A DNA stretch of 52,125 nt from Girardia tigrina (taxonomy: Eukaryota). Of this stretch, positions 1 through 13,000 are shown piece by piece (position 1 is the stretch's first letter; every line of letters starts with the position of its first letter). The position numbers and the translations under genes were made by a program. The DNA lies in contig MQRK01199284.1 of assembly GCA_001938485.1 (NCBI GenBank), positions 1-52,125 on the forward strand, given 5' to 3'. The notes beneath the pieces were generated by a model. It saw only the letters and a program-made list of their open reading frames with translations. It searched no databases and had not been told where the DNA came from.

Positions 1-48
1 ATCAGAAATGTGGAATGGCTAAAGCCATTTAAATCGAGGGGGATGTGA
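1..48 (+). mobile_element. 3' end of Gypsy pol (integrase C-terminus) with polypurine tract
   Basis: Translates IRNVEWLKPFKSRGM*, nearly identical to the end of the minus-strand pol at 19031-19078 (IRNVEWLKTFKPRGM*). PPT GAGGGGGA at 36-43. Confidence 0.85.
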
Positions 49-532
49 GGAATATTTTAAATTTGGTATGTTGAAATTGGTTTGTTGAATTTTGTATGTT
101 GAGTTTAGTATTTGGAAAATGTGTTTCTCCCACCCAGATGGAAAATTGATATTATAGATGTTCACGATAAATAATTATTCGAGTATAATTTATATAATTT
201 ATATTTTAAAGTACAACATAAGATATTTAAAAACATTAAAAAATATTAAATCTTTTCAAATCTTCATATTAAANNNNNNNNNNNNNNNNNNNNNNNNNNN
301 NNNNNNNNNNNNNNNNNNNNNNNNNNNNNNNNNNNNNNNNNNNNNNNNNNNNNNNNNNNNNNNNNNNNNNNNNNNNNNNNNNNNNNNNNNNNNNNNNNNN
401 NNNNNNNNNNNNNNNNNNATTATCAATTTAGAACGATGTCGAATGACGAGAGTTTTGCTGAGAGTTGTCCAAAAGACAATTCTAATTGTAATGAAAATAA
501 AAGTTTGAAAAGCCATGTTGGTGTTCTTAATA
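44..532 (+). mobile_element. Gypsy 3' LTR (family A)
   Basis: Starts TGTGAGGAATATTT directly after the PPT. Shares TCTCCCACCCAGATGGAA, GAACGATG, AATAAAAG and a TTCTTAATA end with 18538-19035(-) and 30619-31043(+). Contains an N gap. Confidence 0.8.
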
Positions 533-1224
533 AATATGATAGATTTATATATAATTTTATTATATAATGACTTTTACTTAATTAATTTGCACTAAAAACT
601 GTCATTTTTAACTCTAAACAAAAATCTCTAATTTTATTTTTAATTATGATATACTTTTTCTAATAAACTTATTTTTAGAAAAAACTAAATTAAAATTTAA
701 AAATTATATATAATGATATATTATAGTTAATCATTTGTTTTAATAATACTAAATTAAAATGGGAGTTTTCTTAATTTCTAATATAATTCTTTGATAGCTG
801 ATATTTGAGCAACGATGAGAGATAAAAATATTCCGCTAGAAGAAGAAATGCACGAGAAAAGGTAATAGATCTATTTTCCATAAAATTATGCTAGGGGGAT
901 TACTTAAGATTAGAGGATGTCTTATATTTGGAGAAACACGGTAGCTGTTAGGAATTTTTAAGTAATGTTTTTAAAAGTTTTGAAATAATAATTGAATTAA
1001 AAGTATAATTTTAAATTTAAAAAAAATCAAGAACTAAATAAAGATTTTTGTTAAGTATGATAAAATTTCGTAAATTTAATTAAAGAAAATGAAATTATTT
1101 AATCTTCGGAAATTAAAAAAAAAGTAAAATGAATTAATAATACAATATTTATTTTTATTATACTGGTTTGAGATTTATGAAATAAGAATTAGACATTTTT
1201 TGTGGATTAAAAAAACTTGAAAAC

Positions 1225-1530
1225 TAATGTCGGCTTTTAATATCGACAACGGGGAAGATGTTCCAAAAACATCTTACACTAGTTATTTTAAATAATTTCT
1301 TCAAAAAATACGATTTGCACTGGAAGAAAAAACTACGCTCAATTTGCGGAGAAGCTTGGCAATAAATCAGGTTCTCATTATTCATTGCTTTCTATATTGG
1401 TCTAACCGGGCAACCCATATTATGTACGATGATATAGTCCTTAATACTGATCAAATATGTACCACTGATCTGAGTGCTCATGCATAAGCATAATGTTAGC
1501 AGACGTGTTAATAAAAACATTAATTTCTTA
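1225..1530 (+). mobile_element. Degenerate hAT (Charlie/SPIN-like) transposase fragment
   Basis: Frameshifted pieces STTG/EDV, NNFFKKYDLHWKKKLRSICGEA, GNKSG, IIHCFL and INFLK resemble the hAT 'TTG..IF / W..L.SI.TDGA / HC..H / VNFIK' motifs. Confidence 0.5.
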
Positions 1531-3142
1531 AAGGTTAAGGACATTTTAATATTTTCTAAATTGAAGAGTTTTTTGACGGTTTAATAAAATTAATAAATTG
1601 ATTCCGTCTTTAATTCTTGGTTTTTCCAAACAATGATGCAGTAAGAAATTCGAATTATCGGTAACATTTTACCAGAAAATTCCATGAAATCCAACACTTG
1701 AGATAATTATAAATAGTCTATATGAAACCAATAAGTTTAAATTATAATTTTCAAATGTCTATTAAGTTAGTGTTGTGGGAAACAGATATGGGGATTTGAT
1801 CTTATCATATAAAAAATGCAAGTTAGTTTATCTCGGAAAGAGAAAATGGCCTGTAGGTTATCGAGATGGTTCATTTGTGGTCGGAGAAGCCGCCACACCA
1901 GTGGCTAATGACAAGTACTGGTCCAGATAGAATTAGACCATGTTAAGTCAGCAAAAACTAATTTTAAACATGATTAATCAATAGTTAATATGAAACAATA
2001 AAAGCATTTGAATGACATCTAATAAAGGTTGAATAACTAAATTTATTTTCATACCAGAAGACAAAGTTATTTTCAGTACAAGAGTGATTCAAATATTGCA
2101 AGGTTTTTATTTTAATTTTAAAACCCATTAGATATTTGTATTTATGTCCAAGGACAGGTACCTGTACGCAATATATCAGGACTGTACTTTTATTGTTATT
2201 TACTTTATTAATATTCTAAATTGAATTGGCAAATCCCCATTTTCAATAAATAGTATAACAAAGATTGTTTTCTAATTTATATTAATTTAATCTAATATTA
2301 AATATCAAAATTTACAATGATAACCAATGACAAAAAATAATAAAAAGTTGATTATTTTGAAAATTTTAAGAAAAAAATAAATCTTTATTTATTTATTTAA
2401 AATCCACGATAAATAACATTTTTATTGAAATATTCATATCAAAGTCTGACAATATACATAGTAATAATAATAAATTATCATCTATATATGATGACGACAG
2501 TCATAATATATAAACTGCATGCGCTCCAAACAACGAGATCTTCAACAACTTCGCTACGACCACAAATATCACAATATAATATATCATCATTATTGTACTA
2601 TAAACACTGATAATCGACTTCAATTGCAAACTCATGTTCCTTTCATTTACACTGGGTTTTGTTAACAGTCGGCACATGTTAAAAAATAAAATTAAAACTA
2701 AAACCAAAGAAAGAACAGAAAGTGACAGAGAGAGGATAAGAAAGAAATTAGAAAGAAAGAAAACAAACGTGAGGTGTATTTATAACTGTAACCAGAAATG
2801 ATATTATAGTTTCTTTTTCAATAAAATCTCCAAATACTTCTGAAATATTAAAAAAAACAAATGTTGTCTAGTAATATAAGCAGCAAAATAAGAGTGTCAA
2901 ATAAATGTTCCATGTGGTTCGTGTATAAATATTTGTCATGCAACACTAGTTGTTCAAAGAACAATAAAGCACAGCACCATTTTAAATAGTAATTTACACA
3001 CAGCTTAAAATTAAAGACGACATTCGGGTACAGACAAGCAATTCCATAACGTATTCTCTGTACAAGAAAATTCGGCAGCATAAACAAGTGTGAGGCACAT
3101 ATCAGTTTCTTTAAAAAAAAGATCAAAGAAATGATAAAATTC

Positions 3143-4095
3143 CTAAAGTTTGTTACAGGGTTTAGAAAAATGCGTTGTTGACACGTCTAATTCGGTTTCA
3201 TCAACATCTTCGTACTCATCATCAAAAGACGGAGTTCGTGGATTGGTGGAATCGAAAAATTCCGTTACGGAATTGGTTGTCAGATCTGTGAGCATCTCAT
3301 CGACCGGCTGAAGTGAATCGTTTCCATCATTATCATCTCGGATTTCTGTGTCAACATCATCATCTGATAAATGAGAATTGGAAGATTTTTGTTGGTAATT
3401 ATAAAGGTCGGTGCCATGGTGATTGACGTCTGACTGGCTGGTTGAGTTGCTGCTGTTGTTACTGCTAAAAGGCAATGTGTTGATCATCGATGAATTCGTT
3501 ACTGAGTCTGACAAGGCATCTGAAATAACCGAATCCACTAGTGACTTCGATTCATTAACCACTGATAGTAACAATGTACTATCAGTACCTTTGATCTTAT
3601 GACCTTTACTGACTGATTTGATCGACTCATTTCCACCGAGATCTTGAAGAGATTTCTGATCATAAAAGTTTGAAGGTGAATTCAAAAAACAGTTTTCGTT
3701 TAATACATTCTTTTCGACGGAATCTATTAATTCATGTTTGGTATTCATGATAGAATAGTTACTTAATAAATGATCTGTTTGTGGACTGCCACTAACGTCA
3801 TAGATCGATTCTGAGTTCTGGTTGTCAATGACAGAATCTGACCCGTCACCCATGATGTCCTCCTGCCATTTGTCTACGGACCTCCTACGAGCATTCATGA
3901 AGAAGTTGGCAACAGTTGATACGTCGAGATTCAATTGTTGAGCAATTGTTGTTTGCATTTCTTTGCTCGGCCGTTTAGTTTCTTTGAAGATTGCGTGTAA
4001 AGTTCGTCTTTGAATATCTGTAAACACCAAACGAGGTTTTTTTGATTGTTTTTGTTCTTCTGGGGTTTTTGGTAATTCATCTTTACGTTTCCCAG
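3143..4095 (-). CDS. onecut: ONECUT exon 4: linker, homeodomain and long acidic/Ser-rich tail
   Basis: KKPRLVFTDIQRRTLHAIFKETKRPSKEMQTTIAQQLNLDVSTVANFFMNARRRS. Acceptor ttttcCAGTAG (exon start 4098 or 4095). Stop TAG at 3143-3145. The ORF-track start at 4183 is intronic. Confidence 0.95.
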
Positions 4096-7000
4096 CTACT
4101 GGAAAATAATAGATAATTATTTTGACGGTAAAAATATTGACACGGTCAAATACAGAAGGGAATGATTTATTAAAGAAACTCATAAAAAAATCTAAATTTT
4201 AATACAAATTATACTTTTAAAAACGTTTTAAAAGATTAATGATCGGCTATATCATATTGACAAAGACATTTAGTACCTTGTAAATCTTCAGAAAACTAAT
4301 TATTTGAATCAATATGAAGATTTACACTTTAAGTAAACTTCAATTGCAATATTAATAATAGTAATAGTAGTATATAGGAGTGCAACTTCACGTTTAGCAG
4401 TTCGAAGGTTAGGCATGTGGTTAAGTTGGCAGCTTTTCTAGAGAATTGGTTACATAAATGGAACTATAATGTCACACCTTTCGTAATTTCGGACCCTCTG
4501 TATCTTATATTTTTGGTATTTGGTTGCGGATGGTAGACATAAGCAAGGCATGTACAGTGGACAGACAAGAAACCATTCTAATTGTAACTGATCGAAGCAT
4601 AATTAACATCACTGCAAATTTATACTCCATATTTCAGGATGATCACTGCGTTTTATGTACTGGAGTTCCGAAGCTTGTAAAAAAGTGAATCGTGAAATAA
4701 TAAATGCTTAATATTTAAGCATATGACTTTCAAAAAGATCTGTCAATGTAAGAAATCTTTGATACAGCAGCGAACGGCTTGTGTATTTAAAATTTGGTGT
4801 ATGAAAATAATTTAATTGGATTTGCGATCATTATAAAACTTTTCAGAATTTCAGTGAGAAAAATAATTTTCAATTGGCACTGGAAACCCATGAACGCATT
4901 GATGTAGAAGTAGTTGACGAGATTGAATCTGACATAAAAGATTTTACTGAATGTGAAAAAAAGAGACATCAATTAATGAAGTATTGAATGTAGTAAGAAA
5001 ACTTAAATTTTTGGATTTGCAAGAAAACCCATGAATTTTTAGGGCAGGTTACTAGAGCTGATAAAGTGATGAACGGATATGTTTGTGAAAGGCGAAAAAA
5101 TTAAGGAAACTTTAATCTAAGATTAATTTGAAGAAAATTCTTACCAGAAAAATTCCTCTAAAATCATTAATTTCGGAGTTATTTTATTTGGAAACTGTTT
5201 GAAAAGATTAATAAAAAATTTTTATTGAATTATTATAATAGTTTATAATTTATGATTAAAATGATATCCATTGTATTAATATTTTATAATTATAAATTAC
5301 TATATAATAATTTATAATTAAAATGATATTCGCTGTATTAATATTTTTGTAAATCAACAAATATTGTGTTGTAACTAATAAATTATTGATTTTCGAGGAT
5401 TTGTTTTTCTAAAGAAATTGTTTATTGAGGATTATTTTTAAGTATTAAGTATGTTGTTTGTGGTATTGTATCCCTTCTACTCAAAATTTCGATTAATATT
5501 TTTCAATGTTTTATGATTTAAATGGTTCGGAAAGAATTTAAAATTTAGAATCATAAGCGTTTGTGTGCATAATATATTTTAATAGCTTTAATTGCTAACT
5601 TTTTATTATATCAGGTCATTCTATAAGTTCTGTCCGATTTTTACATATTTAAAATTGAACGAATTTAAGGAGTATTTTAAAATGTCTGATTGAGCTGAAT
5701 ATATTTTTTATTTTTAGATGCATTGACACTGATCAAATTTATTTGATTTTATAAATCAATAAATTTAAATTTTGCTTCATTAAAACCCTCCGAACATGGA
5801 TGCACTAAAGAATCATTTGAGGCTCGTAATGCTTTATGATTTTAAGAAAGGAAAGTCAGCAGCCGAAACAAGTAGAAACATTTATTCAGTTTATGGAGAG
5901 GAATTTATGAATAAACGAACTTGCAGAAGAGGATTTACGAAATTCAGCTGAAGAGATATCATTCTTGAAAATGAGGATCGAAAAGAATTTCCTGTTTAAT
6001 TTGATGATTATCTTCTTGAAACAACTCTTAAATAAAATCTTAATTCATCATTTGAGCAATTGGCAATAAAGCTTGGTTCAAACCATTCAATTATACCTCG
6101 TCATCTTCGACAACTTAAAAAAGTTTCTAAACTTGGAAAATAGGTACCTCCTGAATTATCTGAAAGTAATCTCAAATGCCGTGGTAAAATCTGCTTTTAT
6201 CTCCATTTCATCATTTTTTCATCTCTTTTTGATAGACTTGTGACTGATTACAAAAATTGATATTTTATCAAAATATTAGGCTTCGTAGACAGAGACTGTA
6301 CAGAGAGAGACCCCAGACACAGCCAAGAAGAGAAATTCATACGGAAAATGTTCTTCTTTCAATCTAGTGAGATTACCAATAAAATATCTACCTCGAATTC
6401 TTACTAGTTAATGCAATAATTAATGCTCAACTCTACTGTCAGTCATAAGAGCTTTTCACATAAAGCGTTTGTGGAAAAAAGACCTACTTTAATGAATCAC
6501 TGTTGATGTTTCATCATTAAATGTACGGCCTCATAAAGCAATAATGACTCCACAAAAGATCGAAGAACTTGGTTGGGAGAAAATTCATCACCCAACTGAT
6601 ACCCCTTCAGATTATTATTTGATTCGTAGCTTACAAAATCATTTGAAAGAAATAAATTTTGCAACTCAGAAAGAGGTTTAAAATGCCATATGTGATTTCT
6701 TCAAATCAAAACTAAAGGAATTTAACAATGAAGGTTTTATAAGGTTGCTAATAGATAGGATAATCAGGGGAAATGCATTTATTATTGAATATTTAATTAA
6801 ATATAACACTTGATCACCTGTTTTCTTTATTCGAAATTTGTGTCAGACTTATGGGATGACCAAATAATGATGACGGGAAAAGCTGAGTTCAACTTAAAAA
6901 AACTGTATTCTTTTAAGGATGTCAAACATTTTCCTTAATTGTCAATCTTTAAGATAAATATATCTGATATTCATTCTATTTTATTGATGTTATTTTACCG

Positions 7001-10000
7001 TTATATTTATCTTATTTTAGCCAAGAGTCAAATATAAGACAATTTACCTGTACGGATTTAGAACTGATTAGTTTAAAAATAAAAAAAAATTACTTTCTTA
7101 AATGATTGAATATCTTCATTTATTGATTTTAATTTAAGAATTAATATAAATTCCATAAAAAAGACGCTTTATTTTTAAACAGCTGCTGAAAATTCTATAT
7201 ATTATAGGAAACTTAATTTTAGCTATTTCGGGGTGTTTTTAATTGAATAGTTATATGTTGGCTTTTTAATCATGAATCTTAAGAGACTAATAAAATATAT
7301 CTTACTTGCAGTTCGCAAATGAGCCATTCTATTGGCTTCGGGTTCGTTTAACCATTTACACATTCGTCGAAATGTTTCACGACCAGATTTTAATTTGCTC
7401 CAAGGTTTCGGATTTCTTAATAAATCTGATAAAGTTCCCTGACTTCTACACAAAACCCTTTGCGCAAAAACTGCTTGAGGAATACTGTACCGCTTCAATT
7501 CAGCACTTATTCTTTGAGCTAAATCCTTAGAGGAAAAATAATTTCAATTATTTAAAATATCGATAAATATTTTTTTATTAAACTAGTATTGAAAATTGCA
7601 AAATTAGATTTTATAATACATAACTGTTACTATTAAATATTTCAGTAATAATATCTTAACATTAAATAAATAGAAATTTATTTATTACCTATAAAAAACA
7701 AAATTAAATAGAAAATTGAGTAAAAATAAATAAATTATAAAAAATATAGTTCTTTAACACTTTAATGAAAGTTTCTTATGGAATTGTGGTAAGATTCATC
7801 AGTTTTAAACCTGTCTTTGTCTCGTTCTTTATCAGTGTTTTTTTAATTGAATTTTACTTGAATGAAAATTTTTATGTGGGCTATGGATCACATGAACGTC
7901 AAAGTATTGAAAATTACGCTTATATCGAAAGCTTTTACTACCTAATTTTATAACCCATTTTATTTAATGAAATTTATCATCAATTACTAAAAACTAATAA
8001 TCCATCAACTTGAAACATTAATTTCTTTTTAATTTATAAAGACACTCGTAAGTAATCGTAAAACTCTTGTTTAGGTAGTTGACGAATTAATCGATTAGTG
8101 AGTAATTTTTAATTCATTCACGTGTTGTCATCGAGATTACACAACTGTGTAATTTTTTCTAAATCAGACCACGGGAAGTGAGTGAACTGTTGGCAAGATT
8201 TTTTAATAAGATAATTTTTAATTAACATTTTGAAGACTGTACCGATGGGAATGCATTCCACGAGAGTAAATTTATATTTTTTAGACCGGGGTACCATCCT
8301 GGAGCATTTAAATTAATGTCTACGTCAAATTATTGTACACTCAAAAATAATATGCAATTTACAAAAAATGTCGGTTCAATAGTAAGAAATGCGATTTTGC
8401 TGTGCGGTCTTCAACGTGTTAAAGAACAGAATAATCGAGAAATAATGAACTATGGACGAAATAACTATTAATTTTTCAGATTAAAGTCTTTCTATAGACA
8501 GTCGTAATTGTTTAAAGAGTTCAATGGATAGATTATACATCGTTTTTATTATTATATTTGCTGCAGAATGCAACTATCAATCCTTTAACAAAAGGTAGGT
8601 TGTTATAGAATAAGAATTCACAATATTATTCTGAAACCGATGAATAGTACAGTTTTAGAATGATTCATTTTATTACTTGAACTTAGATCTTCCACATTTT
8701 TGGTATTATTGAATAGATTCAAAATTTATTTGATAACTTTTCTGCTTTGTAAAAAATTTGGACACCAAAATTAATAGTGAATTCAATAAAATTTCAGTAC
8801 AAAGTGTAATAAATTGATATCCTTATTCAGGACCAAATTAACTTGGATATTAGCGATATTATATATTGATTTGAGAAATACTTTTTATATAAGGACGTGT
8901 TTATCTTGTATTTTCTATGTATAAATTTGAAGATTCTAATCTCACAGAATAAATAAGTGTACAGATAAGTGATATTCTTAAAATCCTTTGTCTTTCCATT
9001 CATCTCTAATAACTAATATGTGTAAATATATCTTTTGTATCCTATTTCAGTGAGGTTTCTCCTAAATTATTAATGATAAAATCAATTACACACTCAAAGA
9101 ATGTAGAAATAAATTGCAACTGATAGTTAACAATAGTAATCATAAATACATGTGACAAGTTGATAAGTAAAAATTAAGTCCGTTTAAAATAGTTCCGTAG
9201 AGCTGAAATGATACCGTCAGTAAATCAGTGGTTTAATAGACAAGGATGTATTTTCTGCGAATTAAGAATGAAATTCTTTAATCAAATAACAATTACTAAA
9301 GCTAAAGAGATTGAATAACTTTTACAATATTAATTTGTCATAATAATTTTTGCGGAATTAAATTCGTAAGTTTTAAAAATAAAATAGGCACAGCTTCAGC
9401 AATTGATACAGATGAAAAATTTGGAAAAGGGAATTTCATAACTTTCACTGGAACTGACAATAAATTCTCGACATTAATGTCAGGATTGGGTCAAAATACG
9501 ATTGAAAATTCTAATGTAAGGAAGTATTCCTTTTTGATTTTTTTTGAAATACTTATGATTTTTATTGACTTATAGATTACCAATTTGAATCCAGGTAATC
9601 ATATATGTGATTTTGGCATTAATAATTACTTTCATTTTAAGGGTTTTCTGAATTACCGAAGAATTGAATGACTTGTGGATCCTAAAATAAATATTCTTAT
9701 TTTTGTGTATACAATATTCTTACTTGAAACGATCGAATTGATTATTCTTGTATTTATTGAAAAAAATATGGTGACAAAAATATAAATTAAACAGTTTAAA
9801 AAGTAACTCATCATAATTGTAAATACAATGCATTATTGATTAATTTGCAAATATACAGGCGAATCAAAATTTAGTCAGTGACCTAAAACCGAAGGTGGCT
9901 CAACCGTGGAAATATATTATGTCCTTGAAAAATACATTATAAAATGAATGAGCTTCGATTTTAATAAAAACTTTTCATCCGGCTTTCAACTTACATTTAT

Positions 10001-13000
10001 GCATTTATATTTGTTATTTACATAGATGTATAATATTTGATGATAAGTGGCGTTAAATAATTTTCATGAAATATGAAACACCAATGTAATTACACATTGA
10101 TATTAAAAGTTTAACAAATGTGTTTTAATATAGATGCATGAATAATGCATCAAATTTACCTAGTAGTGCCATTAATTAGTTCAAACATCAAGGGATCGTG
10201 AAAGAATTAACAAAAATCTATTTTAATTATATTAACCCAATAAAAGAATTAATCTAAATAAAGAATATATTGTTTTTGTTTAACCAATATAGTTTTTAAC
10301 AATTTTAAGATATTTATTTTATAAAATTGTTCGTAACCACCAAAATGTTTTAGTGATCAAAAATCTATTTCATTAATTTAATAAACCAAAACAAGTGGCT
10401 GTTTCCCTAGGCAGTTTGATCTTAATCATAAACCTAACAAAACCAATATGACCGAAAAAATTCTCATTGTAACCAGCAAATACCACCAGCTGACCTTATG
10501 ATGTTACTTTGAACTAGAATCACTTTTAGAGTATTATATATTAAAAGGTTAGAGTAGCTACTGGAATACATATTAGGAACACCAAGCTTTTTGAATATAT
10601 ATTTATCTACAAAACACAAATATATAAGTTCTTATGTTTATTCTGGAGCACATTCCTCATCGACTTTAATATTTGCACAAAGTGATAAAGATAGGTTCCA
10701 AATAAACTGCTATTTGCAAGTTTCGTCTGTGATTCCCAATATTCAGCACAGTTATCATCCCACAGTAAAAGTAGTGGAAGAAATAAATAGGATACATAAA
10801 CATTTTAAAGAAATATTAAATCAATTAATGTTTGCAAAAGATTAAAAAGTAAATCTACAAGTTTGATCAAAGTGTTTCATAAGAATTGAAGGCAATAAAT
10901 TCAGAATATAGTTATTCTTGAATCAAGTTGATGAAAAGATGGATTCCTTAGATTCAAAAAAGATAGACAAAACAGCGACTGAAACTCGAAAAGAAATAAA
11001 GTAAGCACAAAAATACAAATTTAATGTACACATTGTAACATGTGTTTCGTTATTTGATAATATTTCATGCACAATTGTTTAATAAAACTTTATCAAATGA
11101 GCAAAACGGATAAAACTATTACAAATCAAAAAATCTGTGAAATAACTTGTCAGAAAATATTCTCTGCTATTAAAAGTAGAACTTTAAAAAGAAGGAAAAC
11201 ACTGAGTTTATCGGAACTTAGAATAGTTTCATTTATTGGATAAAATAGACAATAGAATGACATTGGATAAGTAAATATTTCTGGGAGCCCCGAATCTCAC
11301 TTTTGTGGTCTTGCACAATGGTCTCGCTCTTAAATGCAATATATATCATAATTGTGCACATCGTTATGTAAATCTCATTCATTTTTGTCACCAAAGTGCT
11401 TAATTGCAAATGTAAATTGTTTTTTAACATCATAAACAATCTGGCTATTTATACAAGAATGATTTATGAAATCATTTTTATTTATCATGAATTATCTAAA
11501 GGCTGTTGATTTTCTACTTCTTTTTTTACAAGAAGGTAATTGAATAAATCAGTAATTCTCAGGGTTGTCCATATAACACCTCTTAACATCAAGATATCAT
11601 TCGATAAATATACATTTTTATTTAGAGATTAATTTATATATTAGTTTGTTACAAAATGAATGCAGGTTTTTACCGCAATATTTTATTTATATTTTTTTAT
11701 TTACCGCAATGTTTTACGACTAAAGCATGTATGATGTTATGAGTCATTCGAAAGCTCTTTCAGATATATTTTTTTTAAAACTTATTATAATGTTTTTTTT
11801 GTTAATAATTACGATTTTAATTGCAAATGTCAAAACGTGATTTTCGCAACATTTACTTCTACGAGTTCTTGCTAGGGTGTAACGCAGCTCAAACCGCTCG
11901 AAACATCAACAAAGTTTTGCTCTGGCAATACCAGCCTGGAAGATGAACCTAATGGCAGCCGCCAATCGAAGATTGACAAGTAAGATCAAAGCTTACCATG
12001 GTTGTAACGGGTAACGGGGAATCAGTGTTCGATTCCGGAGAGGGAGCCTGAGAAACGGCTACCACATCCACGGAAGGCAGCAGGCGCGCAAATTACCCAA
12101 TACCGGTTCGGTGAGGTAGTGACAAAAAATAACAATATGGGCCCTAGTGGTTTCATAATTGCAATGAGAACATTTAAAATACATTATCGAGTATCAATTG
12201 GAGGGATAGTCTGGTGCCAGCAGCCGCGGTAATTCCGCTGATTAATAAATCGTGAGACTGTTGAGGTAACTTTTGTCGATTTGAACCTGCATGATCACGT
12301 AAAACGCCTTGGCTTAGTTTCAAAACTTGACATATTGGTTCGACGTTTTCAAAAACTTCAAGAAAATGATGATTTTTTTTTTAAATAAATCATTAGTGGC
12401 AACGAGAAATGGGTTATTTACAAAAATTTTAATTGCAAGAGATTATGGAGTAAAAAAGATAAGCCAGCTCTAACCACTTCAATATTCACCAAAATAGGTC
12501 ACGCTATTTGTTTGGTGGGATTTCAAGCTGATAATGTTTCTAGTTTCTAACAGATAATACCACGATTAATTTTGAAGTGTACTGTGATCAACTGGACAAA
12601 TTGAATGATTCACTCGAACAGAAAAGGCAAGATTTGATCAATAGAAAATGTAATGCTCCACAACGATGATGAGAAATCTCATGCAAGTTTGCTAACTTGC
12701 TAAAATCTTTTAAATCTTAAATATGATTTTCTAGCACAACCACAGATTTGGCTCATTTGGACTATTTTTTGTTACGAGAATTTTGACGGGAATACCTTCA
12801 CTTCAAATCAGGATGTCAAATATCACTTGGAACCATTTTTGTCAGTAAAGATCAGAAGTATTATGAGAGTGGAATTAATCTCCTGTCCGAAAGATGGCGA
12901 AAAGTATTAGACCAAAATGGAGAATATATAATTTTTAATGTTTATACACTCTAAAAATTGTATTTCATTTTCCCCAAAAAAACGATAAGACTTTCCGAAT

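Noticed and set aside
158-516. ORFs spanning N runs (also 26914-27132, 41987-42527, 44510-44821, 47792-48061)
   Set aside because: Open only because of Ns or (TA)n.
4099-4183. N-terminal part of ORF 3143-4183, and likewise the tails of ORFs 7223-7498 and 48097-49068
   Set aside because: Read-through into introns beyond the splice sites.
4620-5100. Coding-like Cys/acidic stretch on + in intron 3
   Set aside because: Multiple stops and no recognisable motif.
11980-12236. Functional rDNA locus or contaminant contig
   Set aside because: Only a fragment, embedded in colinear mariner sequence on both sides.
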